DNA from: Bdellovibrionota bacterium
GTDB taxonomy: Bacteria; Bdellovibrionota_C; UBA2361; CAKMMH01
NCBI GenBank assembly: GCA_050952645.1
Contig: JBMNLI010000009.1
Coordinates: 9,037 to 73,036, forward strand
Length of the DNA: 64,000 nt
Direction: 5' to 3'
Of this stretch, positions 10,779-21,449 are shown piece by piece. Below the pieces are notes generated by a model. That model was not told the origin of the DNA and did not search any database. It was given only the letters and a program-made list of their open reading frames with translations. Position 1 is the first letter of the stretch; each line of letters opens with the position of its first letter. The translations under genes were made by a program, and so were the position numbers.

Positions 10779-11396
10779 TTAAAATTTAAGTTCCTGGCTA
10801 GCTAATAAGATTGCTAAGATTGAGTAAGACTCTTTTATTGTTCCATCATTTATCATTTCTAATGCTTTTTTAAATGGCACTTTAATAATGGAGATATATT
10901 CAGAGGCATCTAACTTTTGAAGATTTTGAGACGCTATATCTCTAACTAAAAAGATATTTCCTCTAGACGTTACTAAACTTGAGTTCGTTATAAAATTACT
11001 TAGTAAGGGCTTAAAACTATTTGCCACGACTCCTATTTCTTCTCTTACCTCTCTTTTAGCCGCATCTAGTGGAGTCTCTCCCTCTTCTATTGCACCTTGA
11101 ACTACCTCGATAGTATATTCAAAAAGGGGATGGCGATACTGTTTTACTAAGTATATTTCATTATTATCATCGATTACTACTGCTGTAATAAAATCTCCTT
11201 TTTTAACGTAAGTATAAACGTAATCTTTTTCATCTGGAGTTTTTAGGCTATCTCTTTTTATCTCTATCCAAGGGGTTTTATGGATACTTTCCGAGGCTAT
11301 AAGCTTCCAATCGCTCTTTAAATCGATGCGATCTATTTTATCTAGTTTGTTTTTAAAATTACTTTTATCTGTAATTTTTCTATTATCTCGCTTCAT
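10779..11396 (-). CDS. NUDIX hydrolase (ADP-ribose pyrophosphatase-like)
   Basis: GAIEEGETPLDAAKREVREEIG Nudix box; LVKQYRHP. Confidence 0.9.
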   Translation of the reverse strand: MKRDNRKITDKSNFKNKLDKIDRIDLKSDWKLIASESIHKTPWIEIKRDSLKTPDEKDYVYTYVKKGDFITAVVIDDNNEIYLVKQYRHPLFEYTIEVVQGAIEEGETPLDAAKREVREEIGVVANSFKPLLSNFITNSSLVTSRGNIFLVRDIASQNLQKLDASEYISIIKVPFKKALEMINDGTIKESYSILAILLASQELKF

Positions 11397-11422
11397 AAGT
11401 TTTACTATCTTTATTTTTGTTT

Positions 11423-11998
11423 TTATTTTTTTTCTTTATTTAAAGCTTGATTAGCTAGTAGTATTCCGACTATTGAGAAAGCATCTTTTATTTCTCCTTG
11501 GTATACTAAGGATACTGCTTCCTTGAAAGGAATTTTTTTAACTGCGATTTTCTCGGTAGGGTCTAAATTTTGTAAGCCTATCTCTTTTATATCTCGGACT
11601 AAATATATAACTCCTCTTTCGCTAGTTATGCAATTACTTATATGTAAGTCTTTAATTAAAAGTTCATAGCTATTAGCTATAATCCCAGCTTCTTCTTTAA
11701 TCTCTCTCTTGACTGTTTCTAGAGGGTCTTCGTTTTCTTCTATCCCTCCTGCTATAATTTCCCAAGTATATTCGTCCATTGTGTAGCGATATTGTCCTAC
11801 TAAGAATATTTCATTTTTTTCGTTAAGGATAACTGCCCCAGCTCCTCCTTTTTTTTCTATAAAAGAATAAGTGCCATTTTGTCCTTTTGGAGTTTTAACA
11901 TCATCTTTTCTAAATTTAAACCAAGGGGTTTCAAGGACTACACTAGTTTTAAGCGTTACCCAAGGATTAGTTGTGTCTACATTATCATTTAATTTCAT
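11423..11998 (-). CDS. NUDIX hydrolase (ADP-ribose pyrophosphatase-like), tandem paralog
   Basis: GGIEENEDPLETVKREIKEEAG Nudix box; LVGQYRY. Confidence 0.9.
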   Translation of the reverse strand: MKLNDNVDTTNPWVTLKTSVVLETPWFKFRKDDVKTPKGQNGTYSFIEKKGGAGAVILNEKNEIFLVGQYRYTMDEYTWEIIAGGIEENEDPLETVKREIKEEAGIIANSYELLIKDLHISNCITSERGVIYLVRDIKEIGLQNLDPTEKIAVKKIPFKEAVSLVYQGEIKDAFSIVGILLANQALNKEKK

Positions 11999-12022
11999 AG
12001 GAAAGAATTTTAAAAAAATAAA

Positions 12023-12787
12023 TTATATATTTAACATTTCATTAACATAAAAATCATATAAACTATTATAGCGCTTTATAACTAATTGATTTAATATTGT
12101 CATTTCTCCTCCACTTTTTTCCCACATATTATAACCACCAATTTCAAAAAAACTACGATAAAATTCATTTTACCATTCTAACGGAATAAAATCTATTTTA
12201 ATATATTCAGATTTATAGTCAATCCACACTGTATTTATACCAACCTTTTGTGCTGGTAATATATCATTCTCTATTCTATCACCTATATACAATATTGAAG
12301 ATGCTTCTTCGCCCACTTTTTCGATCATATATTGAAAAAATCTAATATTAGGTTTGCTAATTCCTAAATGGGAATCAAAAATTATCTGCTTAAAATAATC
12401 AACTATTTGATACTTAATAAATAAATTTAAAGTCTCTTTTGGTTGATTAGCAAAAATAAAAATATCATACAAATTAGCCATTTTCGCTACAGTTTCTAAT
12501 GCGTTGTTAATTGGCACATTAATGTTATGCCAATTTTTCAATACATAATTCCACGCATTAGCTGTTATTTGTTTAGAATTTAACTGCTCTATTTCATTAC
12601 AATAATCTGTAAGTCAATCTAAGTTGTTATTTTTATAGCCTTCTAATCTTCTTTCAAAAAAATTCTTTCTTTTGTAGCTACTAAGATTTTTATACACTTC
12701 ATAAGTGTAAACCATTTCTACTGCGCAATCGTGAAAAAGTACATTTCCTACATCTAAAATGATATGTTTATATTTATCTAGGGTCAT
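12023..12787 (-). pseudogene. HAD-superfamily hydrolase with two in-frame stops
   Basis: MTLDKYKHIILDVGNVLFHD (motif I) from ATG 12787, in-frame TGA at 12614-12616, then SKP and YIGDRIENDI motifs, in-frame TAA at 12170-12172, then 48 more codons. Confidence 0.75.
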
Positions 12788-13608
12788 TCTTTAATCACTT
12801 TTACAATTCCTTGGCTAATTAGCTCATTTATTAAATAGCATCCATCATTTTCATTTATACCAAAAATATTCATAAAATTATTAAATGAAAAATTTTTCTT
12901 AATTAACTGTTTTGGAAATTCAAAAATTCTAAAATTATTTTCTTCTGTTAAACCAATGCTATTTACTTTCTCATTGTTATCTGTATATTCATAAATTCGT
13001 TCATCTTTTCCCCATAACTTATTTATTTCATAATTTTTATTATAACATTGCTCAACTTTCAATGGATTATAAAATGCTAAACCTAAACTGGTCCACACTA
13101 TATGGTGGCAATCATATTTCAACAAACGCGTACATTTTTCAAAATTAAACTTTAGATCCCAAGGAAGAGGATCGCACTCTCTATAATCAAGAGGAATAAC
13201 ATCTAATGATAAGCACTCCTTTAACACATCAATGTTTTCAAAGTTTGAATTACATCTATATGTACACAATAGAAGCCCCATTGGTTTTAAATTAACATGT
13301 ATATTGCTCCAATTCAGCTTTATGTCTTCATATATAATTACACTATACTTTTTTTTATCAGTAATCGTTTGAGTAGCTGAATAAAAAACATTTTTTTTGG
13401 TAGGATATTCAGACTTAAAGATTTGAAACAATCTCTCAGAGCCAATTATCAAAATATCTTCATAAGCATCAAAATTTTAAAGCGTGCATAGCCAAGGATA
13501 TTCCCATATAGCTCCATAATAATCATTCGGATGGCAAATACTATTTCTCTTATTAAAAAGCTTAAACGAATCTGAATAAACTGATTTAAATGACATCCAG
13601 CTATACAT
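12784..13608 (-). pseudogene. Hypothetical, possibly degenerate SAM-methyltransferase-like gene with an in-frame stop
   Basis: ATG 13608 gives MYSWMSFK..IWEYPWLCTL*NFDAYEDILIIGS; TAA at 13477-13479 is in frame with ORF 12784-13452. Confidence 0.55.
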
Positions 13609-13616
13609 TTTTTACT

Positions 13617-14249
13617 CTATAAAATAAATAAAATATTTTTTTTTATATCTTCTTTGCTAATAGTTTTTACTACAAAGTGCACAATTTTAGAATCATACTT
13701 ATACCTTTTATAATAATTCTCTGAGTGTATATGTGATAAATATTTTTCAGTAGACATTTTTTTACAGTCCTTGACATTTAATATATCTATTAAAAATATA
13801 GCATAAATAGCCCACTCACTAAAATGTAATTTCTCTAATAATGTATTAACCTTTTTAGGAACAATATCTTTCCAGCCATTTTTATATATCCTTTCTATAT
13901 ATTGGTTAAGTTGACTTAAATAAGATTTATTGAAAACTATAAGCTCCATTATAAAGTCTCCCAAAAGATATGATTTCTTAGGGACGGTTTTTAGTATTTT
14001 CGCCATATTTTTGAGTCTTTTTCTTTCATAATCTAAATGAATAGATGGATATTTATTCCTATTATAATAAATAATTGGATTATTATTTTTCACTAAATCA
14101 TCAAAATAAATTTTTTCAACAAAATAGTATCTGCTCCTATAATACAAATGTTTTGTGTACTGCATAAATTATAAGATTTTAATTTTATACTTCTTAAATT
14201 CTTCATATCTTCTCTCACATATATTTTCATAAATATAAATACGTATCAT
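13617..14249 (-). pseudogene. Hypothetical gene with an in-frame stop
   Basis: ATG 14249 gives MIRIYIYENICERRYEEFKKYKIKIL*FMQYTKHL; TAA at 14169-14171 is in frame with ORF 13617-14165. Confidence 0.5.
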
Positions 14250-14504
14250 ACATTTCTACAATTTTATTACTATCGTTTATTTTATAGCTATATATGCCTC
14301 TTTACTATAATGATTTAATTTCATTATATATTTAATAATAAATTTTATTTTTATAATGTTTAAAATATAAAAAACATTTAATTTGCACAAAATAACGTTA
14401 TATTTTAATAATATTAATCACTAAAAGTAATATTCCAATAATTTCATAATATTGTATAATAACAAAGTTAGAAACTTTCTTTACTTTTATATAGGAAAAA
14501 AATT

Positions 14505-15617
14505 ATGCAAAAATCTAAATGGACATTTGTGTTTTTTATGCTTACTTTTTTATTGTCTGCATTTTTATCATCAGTATTTACTCTAAATGCTTACGCTGAT
14601 ACAGATAAAAAAAATGAGAAACAAACACCCGACTCGCTAAAACTATATAGCCTTAAAGATTTTTACGGGAAAAATAACGATGCAATCGTATCTTTTAATA
14701 ATGTAGATAGAGCGCTAAAAATTTACAAATCAAAAAATAATAAACTTGAAGTTGAAGCTTCTCAAGAAATTCCACAATTTTTATCTAACCTTTGTCTCTA
14801 TGAAAATAATGGCAAAAAACAAATAGTAGTAGCTCTAGGCTGGGGAAGAGGCGACCTAGATGCCCCGATAAAAATATTCCTTACAGATGGAAAATTTGAT
14901 AATGCTACGCTTATATACGAGGTAGAAAGCAAAAGAAGCGAGGTGTCTTTCTTAAAACAAGTAGGAGAAGATATTTACATTAGCTATTTTAACTCGAAAT
15001 ATAACTCGGTATTTGGAAAACTTATGCAAGTTGCAGAAGATAAATGGGATTTTATAGAAATTGCAAAGGTAAGGCTTGGCATGGCAGTAGATATCGATAA
15101 AGATAGTAAGAGCGTAGTATTTGCTAGACCTTATAAAGACGAAGAGAAAAAACTTTCCGAGGTTATCTTATTAAATAAAGATAAAAAAATTATAGAACTT
15201 CCATCTTTTCGTGGCGCTAGCTCGGTAGCATTTGCAAATATAGATAACGATAAAGAAAAAGAAATTTTAATAGGCGACGGTTGGCACCAAAATTATGCAG
15301 CAATGGCTGAACCACGCTTTAGTTATATAAAAATAAATCCTAAAACTAAAAAATACGAGTTAAGTTTAATATCAAATATAAAAGGACAACCATCAATCGA
15401 TAAGATAATCCCATTTAACGCTAATAATAAAGATTACATTTTAACTGTTGGGGAAAAGTTTATAAACCTTTACGAGCCTAAAAATAATTGGAAGCAAAAA
15501 ACTATCCTTGAAAAAACCGGAGATGCGTTTCAAACTTTAGATGCAGTATTCGTCTTATTAGATGGAAAGCCAAGAATCGCCACTTTCGATAAAAAGTTAG
15601 AGATAAAAACTTTCTAA
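14505..15617 (+). CDS. Secreted beta-propeller/FG-GAP-like protein
   Basis: Signal peptide (..AYA-D); VAFANIDNDKEKEILIG is an FG-GAP/VCBS-like repeat. Confidence 0.6.
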   Translation: MQKSKWTFVFFMLTFLLSAFLSSVFTLNAYADTDKKNEKQTPDSLKLYSLKDFYGKNNDAIVSFNNVDRALKIYKSKNNKLEVEASQEIPQFLSNLCLYENNGKKQIVVALGWGRGDLDAPIKIFLTDGKFDNATLIYEVESKRSEVSFLKQVGEDIYISYFNSKYNSVFGKLMQVAEDKWDFIEIAKVRLGMAVDIDKDSKSVVFARPYKDEEKKLSEVILLNKDKKIIELPSFRGASSVAFANIDNDKEKEILIGDGWHQNYAAMAEPRFSYIKINPKTKKYELSLISNIKGQPSIDKIIPFNANNKDYILTVGEKFINLYEPKNNWKQKTILEKTGDAFQTLDAVFVLLDGKPRIATFDKKLEIKTF

Positions 15618-15898
15618 ATTAATAAAAAAGTTAATAAATAAGTTAATAAAAAAGATAATACTAAGTTTCACTAGTATTCGCCCCTTTTTTACCGATTTTA
15701 CTATATTTTTTTAATATTTATTGGTATAATCAAAAAGTTTTTTGCTAACTTTTTAATTATTAGAAAACTTTTATAAAATTTTATCATCTAATTAAACGCT
15801 TGTAGAATTTTGCTAAAGTTTGTAAAAAGTTAGTAAAAATTTATTTTTATTTTTTAATTTATTTATTACTTTTATTTTATATTAAAGGAGATTTTTAT

Positions 15899-16621
15899 TT
15901 GGCATACCCAAACAATAATAATTACGGACAAAACAAAAGATATAGAAATTACAATAATCAAGATAAAGATGATGAGCATAGAATTAATTTAAAGATACGA
16001 TGCCCCGAAGTGCGCTTAATTGGGGATGACGGCGAGCAATTAGGAATTTTACCAACAAACGAAGCAAGAAAAATTGCAGATGAAAAAGGACTAGACCTAG
16101 TAGAGGTAGCACCGAATGCTAAACCACCAGTTTGCAAAATTATGGATTACGGCAAATTTAAATACCGTGAACAAAAAAAGGAAATGGCTGCTAAGAAAAA
16201 AAGAAGCGAAACTGAAACTAAAGAACTAAGAATTCGCTATAGAACTGATAAAGGCGATCTTCAAACGAAATTAAAACAAGCAAGAGGATTTCTTGAAAAT
16301 GGTGATAAGGTTAAATTTAGTATGCGTTTTAGAGGACGTGAAGCTATGTATGTAAACCTTGGTGTTGAAAAGTTTAATGAGATAACGGAATCACTTTCAG
16401 ATATAGCCATTATAGATGAGCAATCGAAAATGCAAGGAAATAATATCTATATCGTTTATGCGCTAGATAGAAGTAAAAAAGCCCCGACTACTAATAAAGA
16501 AAGCAATAAAGAAAATAATAAAGAAAAAAGCGAAATAAATGAGACAAAAGCTGAGACAAAAGCTGAAATAAAAGCTGAAACAAGAAACGAAAACAAAAAT
16601 AATGTTTCACTAGAAAGCTAA
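15899..16621 (+). CDS. infC: Translation initiation factor IF-3 (TTG start, low-complexity terminal extensions)
   Basis: RINLKIRCPEVRLI, LDLVEVAPNAKPPVCKIMDYGKFKY, RFRGRE motifs. Confidence 0.97.
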   Translation: MAYPNNNNYGQNKRYRNYNNQDKDDEHRINLKIRCPEVRLIGDDGEQLGILPTNEARKIADEKGLDLVEVAPNAKPPVCKIMDYGKFKYREQKKEMAAKKKRSETETKELRIRYRTDKGDLQTKLKQARGFLENGDKVKFSMRFRGREAMYVNLGVEKFNEITESLSDIAIIDEQSKMQGNNIYIVYALDRSKKAPTTNKESNKENNKEKSEINETKAETKAEIKAETRNENKNNVSLES

Positions 16622-16669
16622 ATTCCTAAAAATAATTAAAGTTTTTAAAAAGTCTTAAAATAACTAAAA

Positions 16670-18073
16670 ATGACGAAAGTTAAAGATACCCTAGGTAGTG
16701 AAATAGAAAAAAAAGAAAAGGAAACGAGTTTAGTAAACGAGTTTTTACTTATAGACCCAAAGCATTTAGCTAAAGCTATTTTTAATGCCGAGCTTCCAGA
16801 GCAAGTCGTTAGAGAAATCCCACCATTAAATTTATATATGGCTATCGAGCAAAACGGTCTTATCTCATCCGTCGATTTAATCGACATAATGACTGTCAAA
16901 CAAAGACGCATCGTTTTAGATTTAGACTGTTGGCAAAATGATAAATTTAATGAAGCTAATTTTTTTTCATGGCTTAGCCTAACTGATGAAGAAAATTCCC
17001 TTGAGCTTTTAAAAAAGATTTTTGCATCATCAGATCTAAAACTCGTATCTTTCCTTTTAGGAAAATATTTAACCGTTCACTATCAAACGGAACCGACAGA
17101 CTTACCACCTGCAGGGGATTTTTACACTCCAGATAAGGGCTACACTTGGATAAAAGTAGAAACGAATAATATAGATTATGATTTTTTATTAAAAAGACTT
17201 TTAGCTTTAATTTTCGATATTAGCAGAGAACTTTTTTATCAAATAATATCGGTTCAAACGGTATGCACGCCATCGGAACTTGAAGAAACTGCATACAAAG
17301 AAAAATCGGACAGATTGGCTAGCGAAGGGATTCCTACCTTTGAAGAAGCTATAGAAATAAATAGACCTATAACTAAATCGAAAATATTAGAAAAAATTAA
17401 AAAGATAAAAAAACCACCTAGAGAACCACTAATAAATATTACGCCTCTATCTATAAAAGATGATATGGACGAACCTTTAAAATCTTTTATAGCAAACATA
17501 AAAGATATCCATACAGCACTTTCCGAACTTAGTAGAATTTTAAATGCTAGCATAGTTTTCTATGAACGATCTTTTAATAATATAGAAAATATATATGCAC
17601 TAAGTGAAAAAATAAAAGGCATTTTAAATATAGGATTAGAAAAGCTTTTAGAAGATAGTGAAATTAAAGAACGCATAGATACCATATATCCTATCGTAAA
17701 TTTACAAGACATATATAAGTATGGATTAAATTTTGTAAGAGATTTAAGAAATAAAGCATTAAAAATTTTAAAAGAAAAAGAAGACAGTTTAAGTTTGATA
17801 GAATTAGAAATAGTAAAATCACTTTCAGAAGCAATTCCAGCACTTCCTTCATTCGTTAAAAATGAAAATGAATTTATAAAAGAAACCTCTTATAGCCAAG
17901 TTAGAGGTAGTGGTAATAGAAGCGATAATAGAAACGATAACGAAAGTAATAACGAAAATAATAATAAAAGTAATTATGAAAATATTGAAAGACTAATAAC
18001 GGGTAAAAAGGCTTTAAGAAATTATAACGATATAATTATATCAAATAGACTTTTAGAAAAAATTAACTCTTAA
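16670..18073 (+). CDS. Conserved hypothetical protein (DUF6178-like)
   Basis: LDLDCWQNDKF and ELEETAYKEKSDRLASEGIPTFEEA patterns, recalled from a deltaproteobacterial DUF family; assignment not verified. Confidence 0.5.
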   Translation: MTKVKDTLGSEIEKKEKETSLVNEFLLIDPKHLAKAIFNAELPEQVVREIPPLNLYMAIEQNGLISSVDLIDIMTVKQRRIVLDLDCWQNDKFNEANFFSWLSLTDEENSLELLKKIFASSDLKLVSFLLGKYLTVHYQTEPTDLPPAGDFYTPDKGYTWIKVETNNIDYDFLLKRLLALIFDISRELFYQIISVQTVCTPSELEETAYKEKSDRLASEGIPTFEEAIEINRPITKSKILEKIKKIKKPPREPLINITPLSIKDDMDEPLKSFIANIKDIHTALSELSRILNASIVFYERSFNNIENIYALSEKIKGILNIGLEKLLEDSEIKERIDTIYPIVNLQDIYKYGLNFVRDLRNKALKILKEKEDSLSLIELEIVKSLSEAIPALPSFVKNENEFIKETSYSQVRGSGNRSDNRNDNESNNENNNKSNYENIERLITGKKALRNYNDIIISNRLLEKINS

Positions 18074-18211
18074 ATCTCATCTGCACCTCAAACGTGGACT
18101 AAAAGAAAATTGAATTTAAAAAATTATTCTTTTACATCTAAAAATGACTTTAAGTTCTCAAAATTAGCATTCCCCTTACCTAGAGGAATTCAACAAAACA
18201 AAAAATGATAA

Positions 18212-19687
18212 CTATTTAAGCTCCGTTAGCCTTTTAATAACGCTACAAAGCAAAGTGTTAGCTTGCGTGCTGTCGCTAGCTTCAACGTAGCATCTAAACT
18301 CAGGTGCATTTCCAGACGGTCTAAGATGAACGATAGTATCATCTTCAAAATACATTCTAAGTCCATCGGTTAAGTCGGTTTTAATAATTTTAGAAGTTAA
18401 AAAAGGAAACTTAATTTTTACATCATCTAAATTATTTTTCAAATCTTCTATTATTTGTTTACTCTTTGCAGTTTCAAAATTTTGCACTCTATTGCTTATC
18501 GCAACTCTAGCATTTAAGCTCGAAACTATTTTTGAAAGTGATAAGTTTTTATTTAATAGTAAGAGTAAAGCTAAATGCACTATCGCTGCATCTCTAGTAG
18601 GAAGCGCCTCTAGCTCTTTCCCTTCAATATTAACCTTAGTTTCTAATAGAAAGCCTCCATTTGCTTCGTAGCCAACTACTATATTTTTACCATCATTTAA
18701 GCTTTGCATAGCTTCTATAACGAAAGGCGAACCGATCTTGGTTCTTTTTATAATATTAAATTTTTGACTAGTTTCAAGCACGCTATTTGCAGACACTGGA
18801 GCGCAAACCGCATTGGCCTTTAAGTAAGAAGCTACAAGCACTCCTAAAATATCACCTGAAATAAAGTTTCCATTTTCATCAAAAACTAAAGGTCTGTCGG
18901 CGTCTCCGTCCGTGCTTAAGATAATATCGGGGTTATATTCTTTAGCCCATTTTTTAGCTAACTTTAAATCTTCTTCTCTAACCGCCTCTGTGTCTACTGG
19001 AATAAAAGTTTCCGAGCGTCCAACTCTTATAACGTTTGCCCCTAACTTTTCGTATATATAAGGAAGCATATCACGTCCAACGCCTGAATGTTCATAAAAT
19101 ACTATCTTTTTATTTTTTAGTGCATCTTTGTAAAATGCATTTAAATATCTATCTATGTATGCGTTTTTTATTTTATCAGAGTTTTCAAAAAGTTCTTCGG
19201 TATATTTTAAATTACCATTTTCAAATAAATTTTCATCAATTTCAACTCTAGTAGCTTTAATTCCTAGTTCGTCTTTTTTTAATATTTCTCCCGTAGGTAA
19301 ATTATATTTAATACCATTTCTATCATCTGGAATATGACTACCCGTAATCATTATAGCAGGGATACTATTTTTTATACCGTAAAATGCTACTGCTGGAGAT
19401 GGTGCAAACTCTCCCCCTACTACTTCAAAACCGCTATCTACGCAAGCCTTTGCTACCGCCTTCATAATTCTTGGTGTACTTTTGCGTAAATCACCAGCTA
19501 TTGCGACCTTGTCTTTTTTAAAACCAAGGGAGAGCATATATTGCAAAAAGCCCTTAGTGTAAACGTAAGCTACTCTATCCGTGATGCTATCTGCAAGACC
19601 TCTAGCGCCACTAGTTCCAAACTTTACTCCCGATGTATCCATTAAATCTGAAATCAATATACTAGCCATATCAGAACGTATCTCCAT
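18212..19687 (-). CDS. manB: Phosphomannomutase / phosphohexomutase
   Basis: FGTSGARG, ITGSHIP, DGDADRP, GYEANGG, RPSGNAPEFRCY motifs. Confidence 0.92.
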   Translation of the reverse strand: MEIRSDMASILISDLMDTSGVKFGTSGARGLADSITDRVAYVYTKGFLQYMLSLGFKKDKVAIAGDLRKSTPRIMKAVAKACVDSGFEVVGGEFAPSPAVAFYGIKNSIPAIMITGSHIPDDRNGIKYNLPTGEILKKDELGIKATRVEIDENLFENGNLKYTEELFENSDKIKNAYIDRYLNAFYKDALKNKKIVFYEHSGVGRDMLPYIYEKLGANVIRVGRSETFIPVDTEAVREEDLKLAKKWAKEYNPDIILSTDGDADRPLVFDENGNFISGDILGVLVASYLKANAVCAPVSANSVLETSQKFNIIKRTKIGSPFVIEAMQSLNDGKNIVVGYEANGGFLLETKVNIEGKELEALPTRDAAIVHLALLLLLNKNLSLSKIVSSLNARVAISNRVQNFETAKSKQIIEDLKNNLDDVKIKFPFLTSKIIKTDLTDGLRMYFEDDTIVHLRPSGNAPEFRCYVEASDSTQANTLLCSVIKRLTELK

Positions 19688-19876
19688 AAAAAAACAGGTT
19701 CTTTAAAAAAATTAAAAAAATGTAAAGATAAATTTTTTTAAACTAGAAAAATTGTATATTAAATAAGGCTTTTTTTCAATTAATGAGTGCCGCTAAGTAA
19801 AATATGCAAAAAAATTTTAGTTTCTTTTTTTTACTAGGGTAATTTTATACTAAGATGATTTTATGCTAAGATAATT

Positions 19877-21130
19877 TTATGCTACGGATGATACAGAACC
19901 GATATCCTCTATAGTTCTTAATATCACATTTATCATATCTTTTACTTGAAATTTTTTGATACCTTTTTTTATAAAACCTCCAGCTCTTTCTTTGTGTCCT
20001 CCTACATTTTCCTCACCTATGGCACTTTCTAAAATAAATTTAGCCATATTTTTATACGAGCTACCTTCACTAGTGCGAATAGATATGTCGTAGCCATCTC
20101 TTTTTTGAAGAATGTAAATTAAAAAATCGTCCTTTTCATTAGATAAATATTTAGCACGTTTTCCAGCATCTGCCGTTGCAACTCCTAAAGCTTCAATGTC
20201 TTTTTGGTCAATATAAGTGTAAAGTACGCTAATTCCATTTTTTAATTTCTCACTTTTTTTATTTTCCAAAAACCTTTTTTCTAACTCAGGGCATTTAGCA
20301 TATTCTCCAAAATCTTCTAAGTAGCGATCGATAGTTTCTTTAGTGCATAACTTTTCTAATCGTTCTTTTATTTTCATAGTATTTTGACTATTTTTTTTAA
20401 AATCGCTCGTATCTACCTTTATTCCATGGTATAAACCACAAAGTGCCTCTTTAGTTAATAAACTTATATCGACACCTAACGCCTCTGCTAAATGGTAAAC
20501 GGCTTCGCAAGTCGATGTTGCCTCTTTACGCATACATACCTTATTGCCTACTATTGATAGGCTATCATTACTTTTAAACCTATTATTTTTAAAATGATGA
20601 TCGATGCTTATTACTTTAGTTTCTGCTTTTGTTAATTTTTTCATCGTTTCTTCACCACCTCTTTCAGGTCTATCGCAATCTAAGTAGATGGCAAGGTCAA
20701 AGCTTGAAGCTCCTTCTAAATCAATCTTTATATCATTTATGATATCCTTTGTGCCATTTAAAACTTTAAAACCTCTAGGGACGCCATCTTGCAAAACTAC
20801 TGAAACTTTTTTCCCAATTTTTTCTAACACTTCTTTAACGAACACTAAAGAGCCTACACAGTCTTCATCGGGAAGCAAATGTCCTATAAGCACTACATTA
20901 TTACTGTTTTTTATAGCTTCTATTAAACTAGACTCAAACGAGACTGGTTCTATTTTAGGATTTGCAATTATTTCAATTTGTGGAAGTAGAGAGTGTGATA
21001 AAAAATCTTTTGCTTTCATATTGCCTCCATTAGCGTTATGTGTTTTAACTGTATCTCGGAGGGGAGCTTTCTTAGCTTCAGCTTGCTTAGCCCCAGCTTT
21101 ATTAGCATCATTTTGCTCTTGGGCAGGCAT
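19877..21130 (-). CDS. DHH-family phosphoesterase (NrnA-like)
   Basis: GHLLPDEDCVGS, SIDHH, GIKVDT, GGHKERAGG motifs. Confidence 0.85.
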   Translation of the reverse strand: MPAQEQNDANKAGAKQAEAKKAPLRDTVKTHNANGGNMKAKDFLSHSLLPQIEIIANPKIEPVSFESSLIEAIKNSNNVVLIGHLLPDEDCVGSLVFVKEVLEKIGKKVSVVLQDGVPRGFKVLNGTKDIINDIKIDLEGASSFDLAIYLDCDRPERGGEETMKKLTKAETKVISIDHHFKNNRFKSNDSLSIVGNKVCMRKEATSTCEAVYHLAEALGVDISLLTKEALCGLYHGIKVDTSDFKKNSQNTMKIKERLEKLCTKETIDRYLEDFGEYAKCPELEKRFLENKKSEKLKNGISVLYTYIDQKDIEALGVATADAGKRAKYLSNEKDDFLIYILQKRDGYDISIRTSEGSSYKNMAKFILESAIGEENVGGHKERAGGFIKKGIKKFQVKDMINVILRTIEDIGSVSSVA

Positions 21131-21449
21131 AATTTCTCCATAAGTATAAGAAAAAGATTAATAGTAAATATATCAAATATTTGAAAATAGTTAAAAGATA
21201 AATAATAAAACACGCCTAAAAACTTAGAAAAATATAAAAATTCAAAATTAAAAAAACATGAAAAAAAATAGGCACTAATATATAACACTAATATATAACT
21301 AATATATAATCGTTTAGTAGCGATAATTTGCTTCAATAAAATACTTATTATAAGGTAGTTTTATTTTTAAAACAAATATAATATTATTTTGTAGTTTATA
21401 AATTTTATAGTTTAAATATTTACTTACTTATTACTTACAAAAGATTTAT

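Noticed and set aside
12023..14249. Alternative genetic code or stop-codon read-through
   Set aside because: Both TAA and TGA interrupt the frames, and both serve as normal stops elsewhere in the window. Pseudogenisation is more parsimonious.
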